Source: Bacillales bacterium UBA4694 (GTDB lineage Bacteria > Bacillota_I > Bacilli_A > RFN20 > CAG-288). Taken from it: 64,000 nt of DNA. This document shows positions 46,608 to 55,939 of this stretch, one piece after another (within the stretch, counting starts at the first letter, position 1; every line of letters starts with the position of its first letter). The stretch lies in contig DHKM01000005.1 in NCBI GenBank assembly GCA_002404835.1, positions 558-64,557 of the forward strand. The letters are read 5' to 3'. The notes under the pieces were generated by a model. It did not search any database and had not been told where the DNA came from. It saw only the letters and a program-made list of their open reading frames with translations. The position numbers were made by a program, and so were the translations under genes.

Positions 46608-47407
46608 GGGGCATTTTCATCCGCTTTGATGGGTCTTAGTTTTTCGTCTATTCTGGAATAAACAAACCGACATATGAAGTACATATAAGGGAGGCCAAGA
46701 TTTGTTTCAATCAGCGAATCTTGGAGTAAGGTCATTATCTCTCTTCTCATGTTTCCTTCGTAGATGGAGGAACGGATATTGAAGACAAGGAGGAAGAATT
46801 CCCACAGGAACTGCGACATGAATCCGATTAGGAATATTTGTGCAATGTTGGCCTTCTCCTTTTTCTCCGTTCTTGTCAGATTGTATATGATGAGGATGGT
46901 GTAACCGATAAGCATGATTAAGGCCATGATTCCATGGTACTTTCCGGTTGATCTTGTTGTCGTGAAATAGATCATGTCGGAAATGAAATTATCGAATATG
47001 GTTGCCACCAAAGGAATCGTACACCAGTAGGTAACGATAAGCCAAGTGAATTCTTTTCGATTGTCGTCTTTTTTCAGCCATAGCCAGATGAAGGCAAAAT
47101 CAAGGATTCCATAGGATAGAGACATCCAAAGAAGAACCAAGGATGTGACAAGACTGGATGCCGTTTGTGTGTTTGAGGAAATGTTGATGGAAATCTCCCG
47201 GGATCCGGATATCAAATAAAAATACCCGTAATCAACAAGCCAATAGAGGATTCCTCCGAATAACGACCAGAGAATGGTGACATATTTCTTTTTTTTGAAC
47301 AATAGAAAAAGGAAAAGAATGAGGCAAAGGGAATCGATGATGATGTAGCTTAAAGAGAAATGTCTTGTAGGTTGGACATAGTCAATGTTTTCTGTGAATG
47401 CAATCAT
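46598..47407 (-). CDS. Multi-TM membrane protein of unknown function
   Basis: 269 aa, 7-8 hydrophobic segments. Confidence 0.65.
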   Translation of the reverse strand: MIAFTENIDYVQPTRHFSLSYIIIDSLCLILFLFLLFKKKKYVTILWSLFGGILYWLVDYGYFYLISGSREISINISSNTQTASSLVTSLVLLWMSLSYGILDFAFIWLWLKKDDNRKEFTWLIVTYWCTIPLVATIFDNFISDMIYFTTTRSTGKYHGIMALIMLIGYTILIIYNLTRTEKKEKANIAQIFLIGFMSQFLWEFFLLVFNIRSSIYEGNMRREIMTLLQDSLIETNLGLPYMYFICRFVYSRIDEKLRPIKADENAPCI

Positions 47408-47413
47408 AGTTAC

Positions 47414-47419
47414 ATTATA
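47414..47419 (-). promoter_or_regulatory. -10 TATAAT 6 nt before the ATG of the membrane protein gene (leaderless candidate)
   Basis: Minus strand reads TTTTATAAT-GTAACT-ATGATTGCA. No SD. Confidence 0.45.
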
Positions 47420-47478
47420 AAATAGCTGGATTTGATTTCCTATTGTTTTATGATTTTGCTAGTCGTTATTTTTGATTC

Positions 47479-47499
47479 TGTAAACATCAAGTGTTTACA
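47479..47499. promoter_or_regulatory. Inverted repeat TGTAAACA-N5-TGTTTACA (operator candidate) in an AT-rich divergent region
   Basis: Perfect 8-bp arms at 47479-47486 and 47492-47499, followed by a direct TTTACAA duplication. A 10-bp palindrome TTACATGTAA lies at 47545-47554. Confidence 0.45.
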
Positions 47500-47658
47500 A
47501 TTTACAAAATATTTTTAGGGTGTTATATATAATTTTAATTTAATTTACATGTAATTATTATTTTTAAATAGGAATTGATATATTAAATTTTTCTTTAAAA
47601 ATGAGATTTTATTTAAAAAATATTCTACTGTGAATATAATATTCAAGAGAGGTTTTCA

Positions 47659-48888
47659 ATGTCTATTTTATTATTGATTGTTATTTATTTGATTTTTGTT
47701 TCTCTTGGCCTTCCGGATAGTATCCTAGGTGGCACATTTCCGGCTATTGCCAATAATCTGAACATCAGCGAGGATTTGGCAGGCTATATCGGTCTTGTCA
47801 TCAGCGGGTGCACGATTGTCTCTTCTCTTTTTTCAGAACGCATGATTCGGAAGTTCTCAACGAAATTCGTTGTTTCTTTTTCGATTCTTCTGACTGCTTT
47901 AGGACTGGTATGTTTTTCTCTGGTAAGAGCAAAATATGTTTGGGCTTTCTTTCCAATCGCCGTACTTCTTGGGTTGGGCGCTGGTGCCATTGATTCGGCA
48001 CTCAACAACTATGTTGCCTTGCATTATAAGTCAATCCATATGAACTGGCTTCATTGTTGTTGGGGAGTAGGTGCGTCTGTTTCTCCTCTTATCATTGCTC
48101 CGTTTATCGATCCTGAAAAGGCGTCTATCGGATGGAACAAAGGTATCCTCCTTATTGGTTTGATTCAATTCGGAATTGCATTGATTTCTTTTGCTTCGCT
48201 TCCTTTATGGGGAAAGATGGAGAAAAAGAAGCTTCAGGAGAAGGATCAAGAACAGAGCATTGGCAAAAAGAATAAAAGGAATTTGGCAGCGAATCCGGTT
48301 TTTTATCTTTCTATGCTTGGATTTTTCTCTTATTGTGCTTTGGAAACGACAACTGGGAATTGGGCTGGATTCTTTTTTAATCTAGGAAAAGGATTTGATA
48401 CGAAGACTTCTGCAAAACTGGATTCGATGTTCTATATTGGTATTGCTATCGGAAGATTTTTGTCAGGTCCCCTTTCTTTGAAACTGAATGAGAAGAAAAT
48501 GATCCGAATCGGAGAAACGATTCTAGTTGTTGGAGCTGTTCTTGCCTGCCTGCCTTTCTCTGATGTTCTTTCTATTGTCGGCTTTTGTCTGATTGGACTT
48601 GGATGTGCACCGATTTATCCGAGCATCATCAAGTCAACTCCGTATCGTTTTTCCAAAGAGACATCGCTTCATGTGATGGGACTTCAGATGGCAATAGCCT
48701 ATTGTGGCAATATTCTTGTTTCTCCTCTTTATGGTTTCTTGGCAAAGAAGTATCAGGCGTTTTTCTGCCTACCCTATGTTGTTCTTGCTTTTGCCCTGAT
48801 TATGATTCTGTCTCATGAAATCATAAATATAAAATTAGAAAAACGTGACAAGATGTTGAGCGAGGCGGAAAAAGAGCTTTATGTTTGA
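47659..48888 (+). CDS. MFS transporter
   Basis: 409 aa, 12 TM pattern split by a central charged loop (KKKLQEKDQEQSIGKKNKR). SD AGAGAGG. Confidence 0.8.
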   Translation: MSILLLIVIYLIFVSLGLPDSILGGTFPAIANNLNISEDLAGYIGLVISGCTIVSSLFSERMIRKFSTKFVVSFSILLTALGLVCFSLVRAKYVWAFFPIAVLLGLGAGAIDSALNNYVALHYKSIHMNWLHCCWGVGASVSPLIIAPFIDPEKASIGWNKGILLIGLIQFGIALISFASLPLWGKMEKKKLQEKDQEQSIGKKNKRNLAANPVFYLSMLGFFSYCALETTTGNWAGFFFNLGKGFDTKTSAKLDSMFYIGIAIGRFLSGPLSLKLNEKKMIRIGETILVVGAVLACLPFSDVLSIVGFCLIGLGCAPIYPSIIKSTPYRFSKETSLHVMGLQMAIAYCGNILVSPLYGFLAKKYQAFFCLPYVVLAFALIMILSHEIINIKLEKRDKMLSEAEKELYV

Positions 48889-48942
48889 ACTTCGTTTTCA
48901 AGTATAATGAAATAAGCAGAATTTGAATGGAGGGTGATTTTT

Positions 48943-49323
48943 ATGGAAAACAATGAAAATTACAATAAGGATGTTCTTATGTTGATAAAGAAGAAAATGT
49001 TGGAACCGAAATCGTTTGATGTGCTTTCGGATTTCTTTTCTCTATTTGCGGATGGAACAAGGTTGACAATTATCTGTCTTTTGATGCATAACGAGCTTTG
49101 CGTCAATGATATTGCAACCATTTTGAATGTTTCTCAGTCTGTGGTATCTCATCAGCTTCAGATCTTACGTAAGCATGATATTGTCGATTATCGAAAGGAA
49201 GGAAAATCTGTTTTTTATCATCTTTCGGATAATCATATCAAAGATCTTTTTTCCACAGGACTTGAGCATGTATCCGAAAAAGATGAAATGCTCTACAATG
49301 ATAGAAAAAAGAAGGGGTATTGA
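48943..49323 (+). CDS. ArsR/SmtB-family transcriptional regulator
   Basis: Start moved to ATG 48943 (SD GGAGGG). wHTH region LCVNDIATILNVSQSVVSHQLQILRKHDIV. Confidence 0.85.
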   Translation: MENNENYNKDVLMLIKKKMLEPKSFDVLSDFFSLFADGTRLTIICLLMHNELCVNDIATILNVSQSVVSHQLQILRKHDIVDYRKEGKSVFYHLSDNHIKDLFSTGLEHVSEKDEMLYNDRKKKGY

Positions 49324-49783
49324 TATTCGTGTTTTATCAATAATCTGAAAACAATATAATGAATCTTCTTTTGGTTTAGCTGAATCGAATTTCTCCATTT
49401 AAAGGGATGATTGTGGATTATATAAATACAAATCAGGTGCATAAATAGAATCTTCTTATTGATGGGATATTTTTCCATTTGATTTTTTCTGCTTTGTTTG
49501 TTTTCTCAAAAAAGATTTTTAGATGGTTTGTCATTTGAAATTTTCCTTTCGCGCCGTTGAAGATAGGGTCAAGAGCGAGGAAAGAATGACGAAACTTTTA
49601 GAATGATGTTTTTGATTTTGCCGTACAATGGATGGGACTGACAGTATCTTTGTTCTGGCTGATATATTATCGCTTTTGGATGATTCAAAACCGAAACAGG
49701 AAAAACAGCAAGGATGAAATGGTTCAATTTTTTAATCATACGATTATATATAATCTTGGGTTATCAAGGAAAATTCACATAAT

Positions 49784-49816
49784 GAAAAAACGGCATCATT
49801 TTATTTTGGTGCCGTT
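49784..49816 (-). terminator. Terminator of the DegV gene
   Basis: Stem AACGGCA (49789-49795) / TGCCGTT (49810-49816) with a long loop, followed on the minus strand by TTTTTT. Confidence 0.6.
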
Positions 49817-49827
49817 AAATTGTCTGA

Positions 49828-50718
49828 CTAGTTGCTTCGTTTCTTTCCCCAAAAGAAGAGGGCTACGGTTCCTGGACCGGTGTGAGCACCGATGGTGGTT
49901 CCGATGGAATAGATATGGACCTTGCCGTCTTTGATGTGTTTGAAATTCTTTTCAACGAGATCAGCAACTGCTTTGGCATAGTCCATGCAATTGCTTTCGG
50001 AAATGAACACTTTTCCATCATAGTCTAGTCCTTTGTCTGCACACTCTACCATCTTCTGATAGATTTCCTGCTCGACTTTCTTGATGGTTCTGATTTTTTC
50101 TCTTGGAATAAGTCTTCCGTCTTCGTCCATATTGAGAAGAGGGCAGATTTTCAAAAGGTTTCCGAAGAATCCGCTGGCTTTGGATATTCTTCCTCCTCTG
50201 ACATAATATTTCAGGTCGGTGGAGAAGAACCAATGGTTAAGCTTCAGCTTGTTTTCTTCTGCAAAATTACGGATTTCTTCGATGGATTTTCCTTCGTCTC
50301 TTAAATCAGCAAGTTTATCCATGAAGAGACCATATCCTGAAGAGGCTCCTTTGGAATCTACAATATAGATTTTTCTTTCCGGGAATTTTTCGTGAAGGAT
50401 ATTTGCGGCTGTTGTTGCAGAATTGAATGTTCCAGAGATTCCGGTAGACAGGGTTACATGAAGGATATCTTTTCCTTCTTCAAGGAATCTAGAAAAGTAA
50501 TCCATGTATTCACCGACGGAGACCTGGGAGGTCTTTGTCATAGCTCCTTCTTCCATGGCTTGGTAGAATTTTTCAAAGGGAATCGTTTTTCCCAGATCGT
50601 CGACATATTCTTTGTCACCGAGAATATAGTGGAACGGAATGAAATGCAAATTTCTTGCCTTGATGACCTCTTCCGGAAGATCGACGGTTGAGCAACAGCT
50701 CAGTATGAATTCTGACAT
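49828..50718 (-). CDS. DegV-family fatty-acid-binding protein
   Basis: 296 aa. Motifs CCSTVDLP, HVTLSTGISGTFNSA and GAHTGPGTVALFF. SD AAGGAGAA. Confidence 0.9.
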   Translation of the reverse strand: MSEFILSCCSTVDLPEEVIKARNLHFIPFHYILGDKEYVDDLGKTIPFEKFYQAMEEGAMTKTSQVSVGEYMDYFSRFLEEGKDILHVTLSTGISGTFNSATTAANILHEKFPERKIYIVDSKGASSGYGLFMDKLADLRDEGKSIEEIRNFAEENKLKLNHWFFSTDLKYYVRGGRISKASGFFGNLLKICPLLNMDEDGRLIPREKIRTIKKVEQEIYQKMVECADKGLDYDGKVFISESNCMDYAKAVADLVEKNFKHIKDGKVHIYSIGTTIGAHTGPGTVALFFWGKKRSN

Positions 50719-50891
50719 GCTAGGTTTTCTCCTTATTATCTTTTCAGCAATACGCTAGTTATTTTACACTGAAAGGTTCTAAAATGAAAAGGATAGATTA
50801 TTAGGCTTAGGAGAATTGTGAGTGTTTGTGCGAGCGTATAAGGTAGTTTAGACTAACATCAAATTTTGTTTTTTTTGCCTTGTAATCCCCT

Positions 50892-50919
50892 TTCACAAGC
50901 AAAAAGAAATGTCTATAAT
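50892..50919 (+). promoter_or_regulatory. Sigma-A type promoter of nifJ
   Basis: -35 TTCACA (50892-50897), 16-nt spacer, -10 TATAAT (50914-50919). A 36-nt leader carries SD GGAGGA. Confidence 0.45.
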
Positions 50920-50955
50920 AGGTTCGTAACCAATTTTTGTTATTGGAGGAAAAAT

Positions 50956-53900
50956 ATGGCTAAAGAGAAGTTTACGATGAAATCTGTAGATGGTAACACT
51001 GCTGCTGCACTTGGCTCCTACAAGTTCAGCGAGGTTGCTGCTATCTACCCGATCACTCCTTCTAGTCCGATGGCTGAACATGTCGATGAATATGCTGCTG
51101 CCGGTATGAAGAATGTATTCGGTGATGTCGTTAAGGTTGTTGAAATGCAGTCTGAAGCAGGTGCATCCGGTGCCGTTCATGGTGCCTTGCAGGGCGGTTC
51201 CTTAGCCGTTACTTATACTGCTTCTCAGGGCCTTCTTTTGATGATCCCGAACATCTACAAATGGGTTGGTGAAGAGCTTCCTGCCGTCTTGCACTGTGCT
51301 GCAAGATCTTTGGCTAGTCGTTCTCTTTCCATCTTCGGAGACCATGGTGACGTTTATGCCTGCCGTCAGACTGGTGCTGCCATGATCTGCGCACACTCTG
51401 TCCAGGAAGTTGCTGATCTTTCTCCTCTTGCACATCTTATTGCTATCAAGGCTTCCACTCCGGTCATTGATTTCTTTGATGGTTTTAGAACGTCCCATGA
51501 AATCCAGAACGTCGAATTCATCGATGATGCTTGGTGGAAGAGCCAGCTCGATGAGGTCGCTTTGGATAACTTCAAGAAGAGAGCTCTGAATCCACATGGT
51601 CATCCGGTTACCCGTGGTGGTGCCGAAAATGATGATATCACCTTCCAAGGAAGAGAAGCTCAGAATGTTCATGAAGACGAAATCGTCGATGTTGCCTGCG
51701 AATATTTCCAGAAACTCAGCGAAGCCAGCGGACGTCCGTATGCTCCGTTCACCTATTATGGTGATCCGAATGCTGACAGAGTCATCATTGCCATGGGTTC
51801 TGTCACAGAAACTGCTATCGAAGTGGTTGATGATCTTCTCAAGAAGGGTGAACATGTTGGTCTTGTGAAGGTTCATCTTTATAGACCGTTCTCTGTCAAA
51901 CATCTCCTTAAGACTATCCCAGCATCTGTCAAGAAGATTGCTGTTTTGGATCGTACCAAGGAACCGGGTGCTGATGGTGAACCGCTCTATCTGGATGTTA
52001 TTGCAGCTCTTAAGCAGGGTGGAAGAAATGATATCGAAGTCCTCGGCGGACGTTATGGTATTTCTTCTAAGGATACTGCCCCGAAGCATGTCAAGGCAGT
52101 CTTTGACTTCCTCGATGCTGAAAAGCGTTGGACTGGATTCACTGTCGGTATTGTGGATGATGTCACCCATCTTTCCATTCCGGTCGATGATGAATATAAA
52201 GTTCCGCATGATTATTCTTCCTGTTTGTTCTATGGTTTAGGCTCTGATGGTACTGTTTCCGCAAATAAGTCCTCCATCAAGATTATCGGTGATGAAACTC
52301 ATCAGTATGCTCAGGCTTATTTTGCATACGATTCTAGAAAGGCCGGTGGTGTTACCCGTTCTCATTTGAGATTCGGTCATTCTCCGATCCATTCTACTTA
52401 TTATGTTGAAAATGCGGACTTCATTTCCTGCTCTTTGGATTCCTATATTTTCAAGTTTGATATGATTTCATCTTTGAAGGATGGTGGTACTTTCCTTCTT
52501 AACACGGATATGGATGATGAAACTCTCATCAAATCCATGCCGAACAAGATGAAGAAGCAGCTTGCCAAGAAGCATGCTAAGCTTTATGTCATCGATGCTA
52601 ACAAGATTGCTCTTGAGACAGGTATGGGAAGACATACCAATACGATTCTCCAGGCTTCCTTCTTCTATCTCAATCAGCAGATTATGCCATATGCCGAAGC
52701 TAGCGACTGGATGAAGAAGTTCGCTGCCAAGACTTATGCCAAGAAGGGCCAGGATGTTGTCGAAAACAACTACAAGGCTATTGATGCAGGTACTCAGGGC
52801 CTTAGAGAAGTCGCTGTCGATCCTAGCTGGGCTGATCTTGAAGTCACAGGACGTGGAAACAAGACCGGTGATGAATACTGGGATGAATATGTTTCCATCA
52901 TCAATGATCTTGGTGGATATGATCTTCCGGTTTCGACTTTCAGAAAGTGGGAACTTGAAGATGGTACAATGCGTCCGAATATCACTTTCCAGGAAGATAG
53001 AGCCATTGCTGACCGTGTCCCGGTCTGGAACAAGGAAAATTGTATCCAGTGCAACCAGTGCGCCTTTGTCTGTCCTCATGCTACTATCCGTCCGTTCTTA
53101 CTTGATGATAATGATATTGCCAAGCTTCCGGAAGATGAGAGAGAGGATGTCTTGCCAGCTATTGGCGGACCGAAGGTCAAGGATCTTAAGTTCCGTATCC
53201 AGGTCTCTCCGATGAACTGCGTCGGTTGCGGACTTTGCGTCAATGTCTGCCCTGGTAAGCCGAAGAAGGATGCCGAAGGCAAGATGATCAAGGATGAAAA
53301 CGGCAAGCTTGTTATGGAGAAGGCTTTGAAGCTTTCTGAAGCAAAGCACGAATTCCATCATGAAGCTGCTGCTAAGGTCCTTTATAAGGAAATCGAACCG
53401 AAGATCGGATATTATCCGGCTGGAACTGTGAAGGAAATTGCCTTCCACAAGCCATATCAGGAAGTTTCCGGTGCCTGTGCAGGCTGCGGTGAGACTCCGT
53501 ACTATCGTTTGGCATCTCAGCTCTTCGGACCTGATATGTTGGTTGCCAATGCTACTGGATGTTCTTCCATCTATAATGGTTCTACTCCGCTTACTCCGTT
53601 CATCACCAACAAGAACAATGAAGGTATTGCTTGGGCTAACTCTTTGTTCGAGGATAATGCCGAATATGGTTATGGTATGAGAATTGCTACCGATCAGAAG
53701 CTTTCCAGAATCTGCCGTATCATCACTGACAACATCAATTCCGTCGAACCGGAGCTCAAGGATGTTCTCAATGATTATATGCTTAACATCAAGAACAGAG
53801 CTCACATCCGTGAGATTCTTCCTAAGATGCTCCATTATATCAATGCGTCTGCAAATGAAGGAATCAAGGCTCTTCTCCCGATGAAGAACGATCTTCTTGA

Positions 53901-54555
53901 CAAGTCTGTCTGGATTATCGGTGGTGATGGATGGTCTTATGATATTGGCTATGGCGGAGTCGATCATGTCTTGGCCAGTGAAGATGATGTCAACATCCTC
54001 ATCCTTGATACGGAAGTCTATTCCAATACCGGCGGTCAGATGTCTAAGTCTTCTCAGACGGGTCAGATTGCTAAGTTTGCTGCTTCTGGTAAGAAGACGG
54101 CTAAGAAGAATATGGCTTTGATGGCAATGGCATATGACCATGTCTATGTCGCTTCCATCTCCATGGGATCTAATCCTGCTCAGGCGATCAAGGCTTTACA
54201 GGAAGCTGAATCCTATAACGGTCCGTCTCTTGTCATGGCTTATGCTCCTTGCGCCAACCATGGTATCAAGGGTGGTCTTGGTAACTCTATGGCTCAGGAG
54301 AAGATGGCTGTTGATTCTGGCTACTTCCTCACCTTCACATGGGATCCAAGAAAGATGGAAAAGGGAGAGAATCCTCTTACCATGTCTTGCAAGCCTGACT
54401 TCACCAAGTATCGTGACTTTGTCATGACTTCTTCCAGATATTCTCAACTCTTCCGTGTCAATCCGGATCATGCTGAAGAGCTTCTCAACAAGTCTGCCAA
54501 GTATGCAGAACAGCGTTATCATGATATTCTCAGATATGCTGGTCTTGAGAAGTAG
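50956..54555 (+). CDS. nifJ: Pyruvate:ferredoxin (flavodoxin) oxidoreductase
   Basis: Start moved to ATG 50956 (MAKEKFTMKSVDGNTAAA). 1199 aa. Two 4Fe-4S motifs CIQCNQCAFVCPHA and CVGCGLCVNVCPG. TPP-binding region GGDGWSYDIGYGG. Confidence 0.95.
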   Translation: MAKEKFTMKSVDGNTAAALGSYKFSEVAAIYPITPSSPMAEHVDEYAAAGMKNVFGDVVKVVEMQSEAGASGAVHGALQGGSLAVTYTASQGLLLMIPNIYKWVGEELPAVLHCAARSLASRSLSIFGDHGDVYACRQTGAAMICAHSVQEVADLSPLAHLIAIKASTPVIDFFDGFRTSHEIQNVEFIDDAWWKSQLDEVALDNFKKRALNPHGHPVTRGGAENDDITFQGREAQNVHEDEIVDVACEYFQKLSEASGRPYAPFTYYGDPNADRVIIAMGSVTETAIEVVDDLLKKGEHVGLVKVHLYRPFSVKHLLKTIPASVKKIAVLDRTKEPGADGEPLYLDVIAALKQGGRNDIEVLGGRYGISSKDTAPKHVKAVFDFLDAEKRWTGFTVGIVDDVTHLSIPVDDEYKVPHDYSSCLFYGLGSDGTVSANKSSIKIIGDETHQYAQAYFAYDSRKAGGVTRSHLRFGHSPIHSTYYVENADFISCSLDSYIFKFDMISSLKDGGTFLLNTDMDDETLIKSMPNKMKKQLAKKHAKLYVIDANKIALETGMGRHTNTILQASFFYLNQQIMPYAEASDWMKKFAAKTYAKKGQDVVENNYKAIDAGTQGLREVAVDPSWADLEVTGRGNKTGDEYWDEYVSIINDLGGYDLPVSTFRKWELEDGTMRPNITFQEDRAIADRVPVWNKENCIQCNQCAFVCPHATIRPFLLDDNDIAKLPEDEREDVLPAIGGPKVKDLKFRIQVSPMNCVGCGLCVNVCPGKPKKDAEGKMIKDENGKLVMEKALKLSEAKHEFHHEAAAKVLYKEIEPKIGYYPAGTVKEIAFHKPYQEVSGACAGCGETPYYRLASQLFGPDMLVANATGCSSIYNGSTPLTPFITNKNNEGIAWANSLFEDNAEYGYGMRIATDQKLSRICRIITDNINSVEPELKDVLNDYMLNIKNRAHIREILPKMLHYINASANEGIKALLPMKNDLLDKSVWIIGGDGWSYDIGYGGVDHVLASEDDVNILILDTEVYSNTGGQMSKSSQTGQIAKFAASGKKTAKKNMALMAMAYDHVYVASISMGSNPAQAIKALQEAESYNGPSLVMAYAPCANHGIKGGLGNSMAQEKMAVDSGYFLTFTWDPRKMEKGENPLTMSCKPDFTKYRDFVMTSSRYSQLFRVNPDHAEELLNKSAKYAEQRYHDILRYAGLEK

Positions 54556-54576
54556 TTTCTGAATCTATATTGAGTT

Positions 54577-54611
54577 AAGGCTATCGGTGAGATATACCGG
54601 TAGCCTTTTTG
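54577..54611 (+). terminator. Rho-independent terminator of nifJ
   Basis: Stem AAGGCTATCGG / CCGGTAGCCTT with one G-U pair and a 9-nt loop, followed by TTTTT. Confidence 0.85.
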
Positions 54612-54618
54612 TCATAAA

Positions 54619-54660
54619 TAAAAATCCTATTCTGAAGATTCTCCAGTATAGGATTTTTTT
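54619..54660. terminator. Bidirectional terminator between nifJ and the second histidine kinase
   Basis: Stem AATCCTAT / ATAGGATT (54623-54655), flanked by an A tract on one side and TTTTTTT on the other. Confidence 0.75.
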
Positions 54661-54664
54661 GATG

Positions 54665-55939
54665 TTATTTGTTTTCTTCTTTGCTGAAGAGAATGGTGAC
54701 CGTAAAAAGATTGTTTTTCTGCGAGATGGTTAGAATCCCGTTATAGAGATCTACGATGTTCTGAATGCTTTTCATTCCGTAACCATGAAGAGCTTTATCT
54801 CTGTTTGTCGTGATAGGAAGGTTTTCCGAGAAGTGGATTTGGTCTTTCAAATAGTTCTGGAAGACCAAAATGATATTGTCACTTGTATTATTCAATGATA
54901 TACGGATTATTTTCCGCTCTTTGTCTTCTATTCCGCTTAAATAGTTTTCGGCATTTGTCAACGCATTAGAGAAGATGGATGCTATGTGATGTGGTTTCAT
55001 GAATTCTAATAATTCACCATGAATGGAACAAATAAGCTCAATGCCTTTTTGCGAGCATAGATAAGCGTGTTCGCTAAGCATGATATCGATGGTCTGGTTT
55101 CCGGTTGCAAATTTTGATATTTTGGAATTTTCGATTTCGTTTAATTCTTCTTTTTGGTTTTCCGATAATTCGGCTATGTTGTTCATCTGCTTCAAATCAT
55201 GTTCGCGCATGTTTATTCTTTCGATGATTTTCTTGGTTTGATCGTATTGGCTTTTTTCCTTTTCAAGAAGGAAGGAGATGATTTTCTGCTCTTCCGTCAG
55301 TTCGTGGTTCCTGCAGTTGATGTCGTTGATGAGAATGACAAATAAGGCGATGGAGGCAAACAACAGCTGTACGATGTTCAGCGTCAGCGGGTTGGAATAA
55401 TATCTCTTGTAATCCGACTTGTAAACGGCGGAAAGAAAAGCGAAGATGAATAAACCGAAGAAGCAAGTCAGAATCATCCAAGAATGGTGGAATGATACTT
55501 TTTTGAATTTTTTCTTTCTGACACTTATGAAAAAGACAAATGTGTAAGTGATAAGGAATATGATCGGGACTTTTATTGCATAGGAAAGAAAATAGTCATT
55601 TGTTAATGCATCGAGATGGGGAGTGAGCATGTAGTACAGGGAAGAAAGGCAGAACTGTAAGGCATAGATATCCGTTGCATAGAAGAGAGCCTGCATGATA
55701 TTGATTTTGAAGGAACAAAGCGAGCAGAGGAATACGGATGCGATTGCGAGGAAATAAACGAGAAATTCCGGGCAGTTCGGGATTTTTTTCAAAAGGCAGG
55801 CTAGAATGAAGAAACATGGTATTGTCAGATACCAGAATTTTCTTCTGTCCTTCCATGGCAAGAACAGACAGGCCGCTAGGTATAATTCCAAAATAAACTG
55901 ATATTGGATGAATAGTTTAAACACAGGGTTGTTAATCAT
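54665..55939 (-). CDS. AgrC/HPK10-like sensor histidine kinase, second copy
   Basis: 424 aa, 6-7 TM segments. H box MREHDLKQM, N box FSNALTNAENY, G box LHGYGMKSIQNIVDLYNG. Confidence 0.85.
   Translation of the reverse strand: MINNPVFKLFIQYQFILELYLAACLFLPWKDRRKFWYLTIPCFFILACLLKKIPNCPEFLVYFLAIASVFLCSLCSFKINIMQALFYATDIYALQFCLSSLYYMLTPHLDALTNDYFLSYAIKVPIIFLITYTFVFFISVRKKKFKKVSFHHSWMILTCFFGLFIFAFLSAVYKSDYKRYYSNPLTLNIVQLLFASIALFVILINDINCRNHELTEEQKIISFLLEKEKSQYDQTKKIIERINMREHDLKQMNNIAELSENQKEELNEIENSKISKFATGNQTIDIMLSEHAYLCSQKGIELICSIHGELLEFMKPHHIASIFSNALTNAENYLSGIEDKERKIIRISLNNTSDNIILVFQNYLKDQIHFSENLPITTNRDKALHGYGMKSIQNIVDLYNGILTISQKNNLFTVTILFSKEENK

Noticed and set aside
51202-54141. 335-aa and 347-aa minus-strand ORFs plus several shorter ones
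   Set aside because: They are antisense to nifJ/PFOR, which is supported by ferredoxin and TPP motifs along its whole length.
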